64,000 nucleotides of DNA from Macrostomum lignano (taxonomy: Eukaryota). Of this stretch, positions 1-12,500 are shown in pieces. Each line of letters begins with the position of its first letter. The stretch's first letter is position 1. A program made the position numbers and the translations under genes. The DNA lies in assembly GCA_002269645.1 (NCBI GenBank), contig NIVC01001009.1, positions 153,402 to 217,401 of the forward strand. The letters are read 5' to 3'. The notes under the pieces were generated by a model, which was given only the letters and a program-made list of their open reading frames with translations, was not told the origin of the DNA and did no database searches.

Positions 1-1295
1 GCAGCGCACAGTGTCGTAGGCGGACACGTACAGGGCGTAGTTATAAGGCCAGCGAACTCCGGCGCCGCGACTGCCGCTGTGCTGGAGGCGGCCGCCATCT
101 TGGGCCGGGGTAAGCTCGCGGGCACAGGTCCAGGTGAGCGGCCGCACGCTGGTGTGGCCGCAGAAAGCGGAACTGGAGCACCCGTCGGCGCAATAGTGCA
201 AGAAGGCGGCCGGTGACTGGACTGCGGACAACTCGGACTTTGTTGGACTTGCACGGCCTAGGCGCCAGAATGCCACAGGCGGTGCCGACGACTGGTGGCG
301 CACCTGTGCATGCATTGCGCGTTGGGATTTCTAAGATGAGCTTCTGCCATATAACTAGAAACGCAGCGATAAATCAAAGTTTTGGTTGATCTTGGTTGAA
401 GATCGTTGATTAACCGAAACTTTGATTTATCATCGCTGCGTCTCTATGCTTCAATCATTTGCTCTGAAACTTTTATCACTTCTTGACGCATGTCTCAGCT
501 TTGCAATGACATCTTAGACGCATGATTGTCTTTTGTATTTCCGAGATATTTGCTTCCAAAATGTGTTTGTAAGGGATGCACTGAATTCGTCATTGACACG
601 CTTTGCATTCATGCCATTGTTTTTTCTTTAGGACAGAAAATTTCTGCTTATTAAATTTTAAAGCTGAATGTGGCGTCAGAGTAAGGAATGCATCCCAAAA
701 CATGAATTCATTTTTTTGTTCGAATTATCTGTTCAGAGGAAAAATATTTGTTGGGAAACCCACACATCTTCTGATAGTTGCTTTGTCTTTGAAAACTTCC
801 AATACGGTTTTCATTCTAGCTAAAAAAAACCTTAACTTGATGCGAAATATCGGTCGCTAAGCCGAGAATTTAAGCCCCTCTGTAGATGCTGAAATCGCCT
901 TAAGAAACAACATTTACACGAAGTCCAAAGCGTAAACGCACCGACAACACGGATTGCCAATAGAGAACTGAATCTTCAACAAGCCTCCGCAGAGTGACAG
1001 ACTCCGAATCTGTGGCGGCAGCTAATGAAGGTTCATAATGCACCAGAATTCGAAGAGGCTCAGTAATTTGAGTAGTAGTTGTAGCTGATTGAATTGCAAC
1101 AACATCGCGTTCTCGACGAGCGAGCTCTGGTCCCTCGATTGACGTGGCTAAGGACGGAGCAGAGAATCCGCCGGTTTTGAAACCGTCATCAACGCACAGA
1201 CTGCCGCTGGCTGGCGAATGACGCGGCAAACGGTGCAGGCAGTCCGCGACGGCCTCGACTGACCTTAGCACCAGTAGAAGTGCCGCGAAGTTCAT
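1..1295 (-). CDS. Leishmanolysin/invadolysin-family (M8; LMLN/CIROP-like) metallopeptidase, 5' part; continues off the left edge
   Basis: Exon 1 1295-942 (ATG at 1295; signal-like MNFAALLLVLRSVEAVADCLH; EPLRILVHY...YWQSVLS; donor GTGCGT). Exon 2 303-1 (acceptor GCACAG, phase 0) translates ...GAGVRWPYNYALYVSAYDTVRC, resembling the M8 'DFxLYVSA..T.RC' segment. HEXXH is not in the window. Confidence 0.65.
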
Positions 1296-3072
1296 GGCGT
1301 TGTCCAGCCAGAGATGGTCCGATTGATAATTCACCGATAATCAACGGTCAGGAACTGCAAGCTAAATTAGTTGGTTAAACAACATAGTGTAAATTTACTG
1401 CTTTTAATACAAAGTGAGGAGAACCACATTGCAGTAACAGGAGCCCGATCGACCTTATTACTAGTACGCTGCAGTTGACAACTTGCAGCGATCTTTACAG
1501 CGATTAGTGTCAAGATGAAACTCAGCACCATGCTTGAGGTAAATAATGAATTTTGAGGCACACAGTACCAGTATACGAGTATACAGCATGCAATTATCAA
1601 GTGTGTCGGGGCACTTCTCTTTTGTCTTTGTGATCGACGTATGGCTCAATTTGATGTTGGTTGAGGGTTAGGCAGTAACTAACGCACTTAAGCACTGCTT
1701 ACATAGTAATTTAATACAGCTTGGAACTCAACGTAAAGAGACAGATTTTCTATCTTATACTAGCTTGGGACACTGTAGGACAAGAATTGTAGATTGTATC
1801 GAATCTACCTGTATCGAATCTATCTCTAAACAGATTTTCTTCTAAAAACAAAACAAAAATAAGCGAATACATAGGCCCACAGAGTGTGGAATTATATATA
1901 TATATATAATTGTGTATTGTATTCCTATATATGTATGTATTTGTATGTATTCCTATGTATTGTTAGGAAAAGTAAGGAAAGTGGGGAAAAGTAAATAACC
2001 CGAAATTATGCACTTCCAACTAATAAATAAAATAAAATTTCAAGATAGATATATTTTAGATTTTAAGGTACAGCACTAAAGAGATAAAATATTAGAAGCA
2101 GTGTACTCCAGTTTTTCAACAGATGCGCAAGTAGATTCAGGATATGAGTTGTTAATATTTACTTTCAGTAGTATAATAAATATGGTCGCAATGCTTTGTA
2201 TTGTTATAGAAAACTGGCACAAAGAAAGAAGCAATTAATTAAACGCAAAAACGAAGAGCTGACTTAACAATAAAAAAATTAACAAACATGTGAACGCATT
2301 TCGACTACTCACGACAAAGACATTGCAACGCTGGTTATATTACCGGTATAGTAAGCCAGGCGTTATTAGTCAAGCCAGAATGATTTAAATTAATTTCTAT
2401 CTAATCCTGTTGCTCTTGTTGCAACAAAAAGGAAAGGAAATTGCAAAAACCAACACTGCAAGACAAAATAAAAGAGAAGGCAGAAAACTTGATTAGAAAC
2501 GTATACGATAGAGATGCTTGATTAGGCGCCCATTCAAATCGGAGCATCTTGAGTTGTAGCTTGTTAATTTACTTGGTACTGATTATGCCCATGTTCAAAA
2601 GCAATGAAAATCGAAGAATTAAAATTTAATCAATTTATTTCTTACCATTTTGTTAGATTCTAAATTTGGGTCAATATAAAAAAAAATATAGACTGCTGCA
2701 GTGCTGTAGTCAGCATATCTTAGGTGAGGATTTACCAGCCCCGCCCCATCACTAATTATTAGAATATTGTAGGCAGTCTAGTTTACGTACGCTAGTACTA
2801 AACTGATACAGACCACAGTCTGACTTGTGGTACAGACTGAGGGCGTTAACCTAAGGTGTACTTTTTGTATTGAATCAGTCGTCATTTACATGCACTTACA
2901 TTTACATCATTTACAAATACAGGTTCGTACTCTGTACTTGATTCAGAGGTGCTCAAAATGTGACTACTTTGACGATATTCTGTACTACAGCGTCAAATTT
3001 TTTAAGTTTTCATTTTGCCACGAGTATGATTAAACTGAACGCTTTCAGTGGCAACTAGACTAAAAAAGTATA

Positions 3073-5060
3073 CTAAAGCTCAGTCTTGGCAGAATCATCA
3101 TGAGCTGCAGCCTCTTCAGACGCGGATTCAGCCGTTGCCTCTTCGGTCTTGGCCTCCTTATCATCTGTCGCCGCTGATGGCAAAGTTGGCGGCTCTTCAA
3201 TGGGCAAAGCAATGAGTGGCTCAGTGCAAACCCGAGCGGTTTCCAAGCACAGTTGGCGTTCAAACTGATCCATAGTCAGCGGCTTGGGCTGGCTGAGCTG
3301 CAGCAGGGATTTTGTAGCCTCTTCGTGATCGTCCAGCAGCGATTCGCATCGCATGCGCAGCCAGTTGTCAACCGAGGAGCCGCTGGTCAGGCGGCTCGTA
3401 TCGGCCGCTTGGCCGTCAGTTCGAGTTAATGGCACAAACGATCGAATACTTGGCTGGCTGGAGTGCGGCGAGTGGCCCCAGGATGACTGCACCTGTTCGC
3501 ATATAGTCTCCAGCGCGTTGGTCAGGTGCGTGTCCGAGCTGTAAGGGCGGTGGATAGATGCGTCACATTTTAGCGCCAGGATAGTGCACTGATATGATGG
3601 ATAGTGTCAGGATAGTGCACTGATATGGTTAATAGTGTCAGGATAGTGCACTGATATGATTAATAGTGTCAGGATAGTGCACTGATATGATTAATAGTGT
3701 CAGGATAGTGCACTGATATGATTAATAGTGTCAGGATAGTGCACTGATATGATTAATAGTGTCAGGATAGTGCACTGATATGATGGATAGTGTCAGGATA
3801 GTGCACTGGTATGATAGATAGTGTCAGGATAGTGCACTGGTATGATGGATAGTGTCAGGATAGTGCACTGATATGATGGATAGTGTCAGGATAGTGCACT
3901 GGTATGATGGATAGTGTCAGGATAGTGCACTGGTATGATGGATAGTGTCAGGATAGTGCACTGATATGATGGATAGTGTCAGGATAGTGCACTGATATGA
4001 TGGATAGTGTCAGGATAGTGCACTGATATGGTGGATAGTGTCAGGATAGTGCACTGATATGAGTGCCAGGATAGTGCACTGGTATGATGGATAGTGTCAG
4101 GATAGTGCACTGATATGATGGATAGTGTCAGGATAGTGCACTGGTATGATGGATAGTGTCAGGATAGTGCACTGATATGATGGATAGTGTCAGGATAGTG
4201 CACTGATATGATGGATAGTGTCAGGATAGTGCACTGATATGGTGGATAGTGTCAGGATAGTGCACTGATATGGTGGATAGTGTCAGGATAGTGCACTGAT
4301 ATGGTGGATAGTGTCAGGATAGTGCACTGATATGGTGGATAGTCAGGATAGTGCACTGGTATGATGGATAGTGTCAGGATAGTGCACTGGTATGATGGGT
4401 AGTGTCAGGATAGTGCACTGATATGATTAATAGTGTCAGGATAGTGCACTGGTATGATGGATAGTGTCAGGATAGTGCACTGGTATGATGGGTAGTGTCA
4501 GGATAGTGCACTGATATGATGGATAGTGTCAGGATAGTGCACTGGTATGATGGGTAGTGTCAGGATAGTGCACTGATATGATGGATAGTGTCAGGATAGT
4601 GCACTGGTATGATGGATAGTGTCAGGATAGTGCACTGGTATGATGGGTAGTGTCAGGATAGTGCACTGATATGGTGGATAGTGTCAGGATAGTGCACTGA
4701 TATGGTGGATAGTGTCAGGATAGTTTCTATTCGAAAATATTTGAGAATCCATAGCCTAAATCAAACCAACCAGAATCTAACGTACCGAGCATAGGGGACT
4801 TTAGTGACACGTTGATTGCCCTTGGAGTCAACCCGGAAGCTACCAGAATCCACTGTGCGACCTTCGTTAGCTTCGTTTTCAACATTCTGGTGCAGCTGGC
4901 GAGCAACTATACGACAGGCGGAGCAAACCAAGTCAGCGTCATTGGCACCGCTGACAGAGACGACTGACACAGTTAGTAACAGTGATGCAGCTAGCAGCTT
5001 TGGACTGGTCAGCAGCCCGGAATGGCTACGTGCCAGGACAGAGTATGGATCCCTACTCAT
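3073..5060 (-). CDS. CNPY2: Canopy family ER protein (saposin-like, CNPY2/MSAP-like)
   Basis: Exon 1 5060-4786 (signal peptide, CSACR, GSFRVD..G.Q....VPYAR; CG|gtacg). Exon 2 3538-3073 (ttacag|C; SDTHLTNALETICE, CESLLDDHEE, LCLETARVC). Splice phases match; six Cys; C-terminal KTEL ER-retention signal. Confidence 0.9.
3575..4725. repeat. 31-bp minisatellite (GATAGTGTCAGGATAGTGCACTGATATGATG) filling the CNPY2 intron
   Basis: Tandem copies read directly, with a few variant positions. Confidence 0.95.
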
Positions 5061-6328
5061 TTATCAGAAGCATGAATTGAAGTTTTTTTGTAAAAATATA
5101 AATATGAACGATCTTCAAATAATAACTCACACGAATACTTGAAGTATTAATACAAATGATTAGCTACAAAGCGAAATTAGGCAATCAGCTTGATTAGCAC
5201 GATAGATGGTTTAGTTAGGGTCGGCAGTCAAATGTGGACCCATTGTTTACATTGTTTATACCAAGTTAGTAAGCTCGTATTAGCAAGAACAGACTGACCT
5301 GTTGGTTCATCTAGTGAAAGTAAATATAAGGAATTAATGGATTGATTTATAGTTCACATATTCCTTGTAGAGCCTATTAAAATAAAAAGAATTTAAATAG
5401 TATGTGCTTAAAGTTGTATTATTCAACTTCTTTGTAACTTTTTTAATTTTGCCTGCATTGCTTAGGTTTTATTATAATTAAATCGGCTGATGTCAATCAG
5501 TCATTGAATTAATATTGAAAATTTATTTATAGCCTTTTAAAATCGAAGCCAAACGCAGGATTGTAGGACGACCATTATTAGTGTACATTATTAGTGAAAC
5601 AACTAATTAATGTCTAGATAATATTTGCATAAATTTGTTAAACGATTCTAAAGACAAAAGGATATAACTGATAAGATACAGTAAAGTGTTGAATCTTTAG
5701 CTGACAGATCTTACGGTTTTAAACATTACAAGGGCACCTGCCATTCAATTTTCATGCAACAATATCTAGGTAGAATATATAGGATAGTGCCACAATACCA
5801 TGTTAATTGATATACAGAGCCATAACAATGCAGCCATGACTTTTCAGAGTAATAGGCTAACTCGTTAAGATTTAGTCAACCCCTATCTTGCAAAATGACT
5901 AAATCGTATATAGTTGTTAATGTCTCTATGTAATTGATGTCAAATCAAATTCAAGAATATGCATAAGATTTATCTGTCTACATTACTCAACAATATATAG
6001 TCGATTAAAATAAACAACAAGCGAGAAAGAAGTTCGAAAGCAAAATTTTATTAACGCACAAGTACGACAATTTATTTAAACACTCAATAGGAACAAACAA
6101 ATGCCAGACAGCGTACGATTCCACAATGTCATATTGTTGCGCTAGCGTCAGGTCACGGGACACAAATCAGGCTTCAGTTGAACCAGCAGCTGTAATGGGG
6201 TTAGTGGAAAATATCGTAAGGAAAAATCGTAGAGATCAATTAGATTGAATCCTATATGGCCTGCTTTTTGTGCATCAACTTGGACTTCTGCCGTATAAAT
6301 TCAACTGCCAGCCTTCTGACTTCCACAG

Positions 6329-6391
6329 ATTGACTGCCGATCCTAACCCTAAGCCTAAACCCTACCCTAATCTAAATTGTCGGCAGTCAAT
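6329..6391. repeat. 12-bp inverted repeat enclosing telomere-like CCTAACCCT repeats (probable MITE/HINE-type remnant)
   Basis: ATTGACTGCCGA (6329-6340) and TCGGCAGTCAAT (6380-6391) flank cctaaccctaagcctaaaccctaccctaa. Confidence 0.5.
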
Positions 6392-6556
6392 TTTTAGTCA
6401 TGCTCTCTGGCCGCACTGTATAACACGCCCTCCGCGTACACAAAGAAAAACGAATTCTTTCTATCTTGGCGTCAACCGGAATATGCAAACCTTCAAAATG
6501 CTTTATGCGGAGCAATAGGCCAGTATATCATAGCTCTACATGTTTAAACATTAAAT

Positions 6557-9500
6557 TTAATAAAACTTACCATCCTTATCGGATCCAGCATTCTTTGGGA
6601 ACAGCTCAACTCGAGCCACAAGTCCCGGCCCGGCTGTGTCAAGCCAAGCCACAGCCTGCTGGCTCAGGTCAACACCGCCGCCGCAGTGCTGACGCAGCAG
6701 AACGCCGATACAGCGCCGCCGTAGCAGTCGCCAGAAAGTAAGCCGCCTGCCCGTGAGCAGCTGTTAGCCTGAGCACCAGCCGCTCAACCCAGTGAAAACC
6801 CGGACTATTAAATACGGAGCCGACCTCCGCGATGTCCGACTCGTCACAGTCTTGCTGCAACTCGGCGTCGGCCAGTCGGTCAAGCGCACACTCGGACAGC
6901 GGCGGCTGCGGCGCCAGATGAAGCAGAGCGTCAAAAGAGTCTGGCGCCGATCGAAAAGCGCCGGCCATAGAGGACGCAGAAAGCAGCTCAGACCTAGGAC
7001 TGGCCAGACGGGTCTCGAAGGCGGCCAGAGCGGCCCGAGCGCACCGCTGAAGCCGGCCGAGCAGTTGGGTGTCCGGCCGGGCGGTGGTGAGCATGGACTC
7101 TGTCCGGTCCTGCGGGCAGGCGATGAACATGGCTGGTAGGTGGCGCCGGCGCTTGCGAAAGTCGGCCTCGATGCTCGCTCGATCGGCGCCGCTCAGGGAC
7201 TCGTTCAGATTGACAATCAGCGGTTGTTGCTGGACAATTAAGGAAAAATTGAGAGTGCTGGGTAACAATATATTAAAAATAAACTTTTGTAGAAGGGTTG
7301 TGGCCCTTGTGCAAGGCCTTTGGCGACATTGTCCTGAGCACATACAAGCGCGGGGATACTGCCCGCAGACACGCACTTACACACACGCTCACAAAGGGTG
7401 TACAACGGCCCTAACTTTCTAAGCGTCCCATAGGTCCTAGGCCAATTTTTGTGCACTAAGCCCAAATTAATGTGCGCGCGCACGGGGTCGAACAAGCGGT
7501 CGTGACGCGAGACTCAGACGCGTTTACCGCTGAGCTGCTATGTCCTCTCTGCTGGAGTACAATAGAAAGGGCATATAGAAATGTACGCACATCCACGGAT
7601 ATGTACGCAGTACACAGATGTACATTTACATCTGTACTTGATTGCTTTCTCGATCTTGAGATCATAATTCGAAATCATTGTCCAAACTATGAATACTACT
7701 GGTTTCTAAGAACTTAAAAATCCTCATTAGCTGAGGGGATTGAAGCTTAGTGGTTTGAGCGTCGGACTCACGATCGAAAGCTCGGGATTCGATTATCGGC
7801 CCATTCTCTGAACAATCGGATCCTTAAGCAAGGCACTTAACTCTGCATTGCTTCAGTTCACCCATCTGTAAAACAGGTATCAGCATTAGCTGGGGTAATT
7901 GAGGGTTTGGCGACCCCCCCCCCCGTCCTTGGACTGAACAGCCGTACGCAAGCACCCTTTCACAGGCACCCCAAAGTCTTCTAATGATTTTAAATAAAAA
8001 GAATCTAGGAGTTTAGGTCTTTTTGAAAGCCTCTTGAGTTGTTAGACCATTTATCCCTGCTAGTTGGCTTTGACAATTAATTTCACAGACATTCGCTATT
8101 ACATGTAGGTTGCAAAAAGCGACTTCATTTATTATGATTGATGTTTAATTTAGTTTACATTAAAAATGTCACTAAGCAAGGGTGCACCCAGGGGGGGGGG
8201 CGGGAGGGGGGTTGTTAGTTGCCCTCCGTTAGGCGACCTGAAGAAAATCAAAGGGGGGAACAAGTGCATTTTTGCCACAATACAAAGCCGCCCCCTCCGC
8301 CCCTTGGGGTCTTTACCCTCCAGAATCCACCCCTCAACAGATTTCTGGTGGCACCACTGTCACTAAGAGTATCCTTAAATAAAAAGAAAACTTAAAATGA
8401 GTAGACAATAAGGACAATAAGGAAAATCAGAATACCAAGAACCCCTTAGCTTCAGGATCGGGACGATTAGCTTCAGGATCGGGATTCATGAGCTTTACGG
8501 GATTTGGACATTAGCTTCAGGACTTGAACCATTAGCTTTTGGATCGGGACGAATTAGATTCAGGATCGGGACTCATAAGATTCAGGATTGGAATTCATTA
8601 GCTTCAGGATCAGGACTCATTGGCTTCAGGATCGGGACTCAGTAGCTTCAGGATCGGAACTCAGTAGCTTCAGGATCGGAATTCACTAGCTTCAGGATCG
8701 GAACCAATTAGATTCAGGATCGGGACTCATAAGATTCAGGATTGGAATTCATTAGCTTCAGGATCAGGACTCATTGGCTTCAGGATCGGGACTCAGTAGC
8801 TTCAGGATCGGAACTCAGTAGCTTCAGGATCGGAATTCACTAGCTTCAGGATCGGAACCAATTAGATTCAGGATCGGGATTCATTAGCTTCAGGATCAGG
8901 ACTCATTAGCTTCAGGATCGGAACTCAGTAGCTTCAAGATCGGAATTCACTAGCTTCAGGATCGGAATTCACTAGCTTCAGATCGGAATTCACTAGCTTC
9001 AGGATCAGGACTCATGAGCTTCAGGATCGGGACTCAGTAGCTTCAGGATCGGAATTCATTAGCTTCAGGATCGGAATTTATTAGCTTCAGGATCGGAACC
9101 AATTAGATTCAGGATCGGAATTAATTAACTTCAGGATCGGGACTCGTTAGCCCGGGATTCATCGGATCTACCAGAACCTATCAGCGTCTCGTTATATATT
9201 CAGATTAAGGAGGATACGCTCGTAAAGAGACCATTGACGTTCTTAATGAAATGAAATGAAGCTTTGATTCAAGGATCACGCGGTGCGCAGATACACTACA
9301 AAGAAACATTTCAATTCTCACCGCAAAGTCGTGCCTGGCCAGCAGCTGCAGGAATAATAAAAAGCCTCGCATAGCCGAGCAGGGTGACGCATCGATGGCC
9401 ACCCAGGCGCACAGCAGTTCAACAGCCAGAGCATCCACAGCCATGTTCAGCAGCATGTGTCCGGCCAGCCAGCGAAGGCACAGTCGGACAGTTTCACTGT

Positions 9501-12500
9501 GAGTTGGCCGCTGGCTAGTCAGGCCGCGAAGTGCGCCAGCCAAAGCTGGCAGCAGCACGAGTTCGCGTTCTAATTGACGAGACTCTGTGCAGTCAGCTTG
9601 AATGAGCAGCTGCTGCTGTTGTTGAGCAGTTGACTGGCCAGAGCTCAGGCCTGCCTGCCTAGCTAGTGCGGCCTCTTTTGGCAGGGCCAATCTCAGGTAG
9701 AATCTGTGCCGCCTACGCCAGGTGACCAGGACGCCGGAGCGGCAGGCGATAATTTCGCTGGCCTCGGTTCGAGACAGACGAGAACGCATGGTCTGCGATG
9801 TTGTTGGGTAATTAGTGTGATAGGTAGAGCATCATTGGTGGATTTTAGTGCTGGTAGGATTTGTGGCTTTTATTTTTTCCTTATTTTTTAGTATTTGTCT
9901 GGTACCCTGCTACGAAAAGCTAAGTTGATGTTCTTCTTGCAAAGGAAATCCCAGGGGACACTGGGAAGCACGATCGGATCCCTGTCCATTGTGATTCTCC
10001 ATGGTTTCGCTAATTCGCTTACTACCCTGGGATGCCTGTCACATTGTGATTCTCTATGGTTTCGCTTACTACCTTGGGTGACTCAGTTAGGGTTTCACAA
10101 ACTGGGGATTTCAGAACCCTGTCTGATTGGCAAACCGTCTGTGTATGGTAATTAACTGCCAATAAGGATGGAAGCTTTAAGACTCATGCAATTTGTACAC
10201 GTGAACTAATAGTTCTGTCTATGGGCAGGAATCAGGGAAATCCCAGTCTCGTTGAGTCTCATTACTGTCTGAAAATCCTTTGTCTCATCATTTTGAGGTC
10301 GCCACAAGGCACTAACCATAGACGAAACTAGTGGGCACGGAACATGGATGAAGGAATAGAAAGGATCGCTCATCTGAAAGCGAGTATATGGCCAAGACTT
10401 CCTTAAAATTGGGATATTCCCCCCCCCCATGAATTTTATTGGCTGATGGAATTTAATAATAGTCCCCCCCCTAAGTTCTTACTGACTGAAGCTTGTACAA
10501 GGGGAAATTCCAAAGTCACGGATTAACGCGCATAGGAAAAGAATGCACTATTTATTATTTTAAAGACATACAAGTAACATGGCCTGACATGACATTTGCG
10601 TTCTTTTGCCTGGTAAACAAATTTTGCCTCTTGATAGACCGGCAGTTAGTTTGTATTTTTTGTACTTGACTGATTATGTAGAGAGAATTGAAGGAGGCAG
10701 TGATTGAAACAAATAACAAATTGTTGCAAAAGTTAAGAAACAAGACAACTAAGCATAAAGCGATTGAACTTTGAAGAAATGGGGGCAAGTTAGTCAGTGA
10801 AAAGTAAAAATGTCAAGTTACTTTTCGTAGCTTATTTAGAACCATATTCGAATGGGAAAGCTTTATTTGCTGATCCTCTATGCTAAAATTAAAAGAAAGA
10901 AGCCGATACTTTTTATGTGGCAAAGTTGGAAATAGTTATGAAGAAATGTTTGTTTAAAAAATAGTCTATTTTTTCGCTATTTTTTCTGACTAACTTGCAT
11001 ATAACAAAGAAGCTGCAGCGTAGCTGGGTATTGCATTGGTATTGCGCCAGGGTTAGCTAGGTTTTTTCTCTTTCCATTGGCGAAAGACCCTTGAGATAAC
11101 AACGAGTTTGAGTCTGGAGAAAAATGTTTGTCGCACAGCACAGTATTTCGCGTTGGCGTAAACTTTGGACTAGTCTTTATGCTCGATAGTCAAATAGAGA
11201 GCTGCTGGCTTGATTCAGCTTTAGACGAAAATAACTTATCACAGAACAAAAACAAAGCTACTTGTTGCATGTACGTTGGCTAGACATCTATAACTGCCTT
11301 CTTCCTCTGGGCCATGACGGCTTAGGGGAAAGAAATTAGCGTTTAAAACAAGAAACAAGCCTAGTATGCATGCTAATCGTGACTTTGGAATTTCCCCCTC
11401 GTACAAGCTTCAGCCAGTAAGAAATTAGGGGGGGGGACTATTATTAAATTCCAGCAGCCAATGAAATTCATGGGGGGGATATCCCAATTTTTAGTAGGTT
11501 TTGGCCATAGACTCGCTTTCAGATGAGCGATCCTTTCTTTTCCTTCATCCATGGCACGGAACAGATTCCTGCCCGCGTTCAAAAAAATTACTTCTCGCCA
11601 CTTTAGTCTGTGGTAATACCAAGGTGTTTTAAGTGTATTTTAAACTGTACTTTTATTTCCCCTCTTCCATGGCTAAGATAGGTCAGTCAGTCGCTACGCG
11701 GGGCAAAGAAAATATCTTTTTAGTCTGTTCCATGGATGAAGGAATAGAAAGGATCGCTACTGAATGCCTTTAAGTAGACAGCAGATGCAAAGGTTAAAAC
11801 AAGTCGCCCATCTACGGTTTAATTATGTATCTCGTATTTGCATGGATTATTCTTTCATCTACTGAATTTGCACCCAGTACAAGCGCTACATGTAGCACAA
11901 ATGCAAATTCAAATTTTGCACGAATGCACCTATCTTTCTTGTCTATTGTCTTGCTCTAGATTTATCGAATAATTAATCAGAATCGAACAGATTTCTCACC
12001 TGAGCTAAGCGCAAACAAAACAGCGTTTTCATCGCCCGGAATGGTCCAAGCAGCGTGGGCCACTTGCCGCTGGCCTCCAACTGCAGGTGGCACTCGTGCA
12101 CTAGCTGGTTTTGCTTGGCGCGCCCGCCCCATCCTGGCGGCAGTAAACAGGCGCCTCGGAAAGCCGGAGCCACAGCTAGAAGGCCATTGACGCTGAGCGG
12201 CATAGCAGACGAGCCGATGGCAGTAAGGCGACTAGACAGCTCAGCCAGTGATGCGTTCAGGTCAGATATAGCCGACGACCACACAGAATGATGGCGTTTC
12301 GCCGGCTGCAGCAGTGGCCGCAGCTGGCAGTGAAGCTGGCGGTACTGGCCGGGCCGACAGCTCAGCTGCTTGCGCAACACCCAGTCGATGACTCTCTGGG
12401 TAACGTGGCTGCCACGCCATACCAACGTCTCCCGGACTTCGCCCCCGGCGTGCCGAAGCTCGGATTTTCCCGACCAGAATTGGCGGAACTCAGCGGCCTG

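Noticed and set aside
7741-7800. Functional tRNA gene
   Set aside because: Acceptor stem and T arm are imperfect and it runs into a CORE-like domain; treated as a SINE head.
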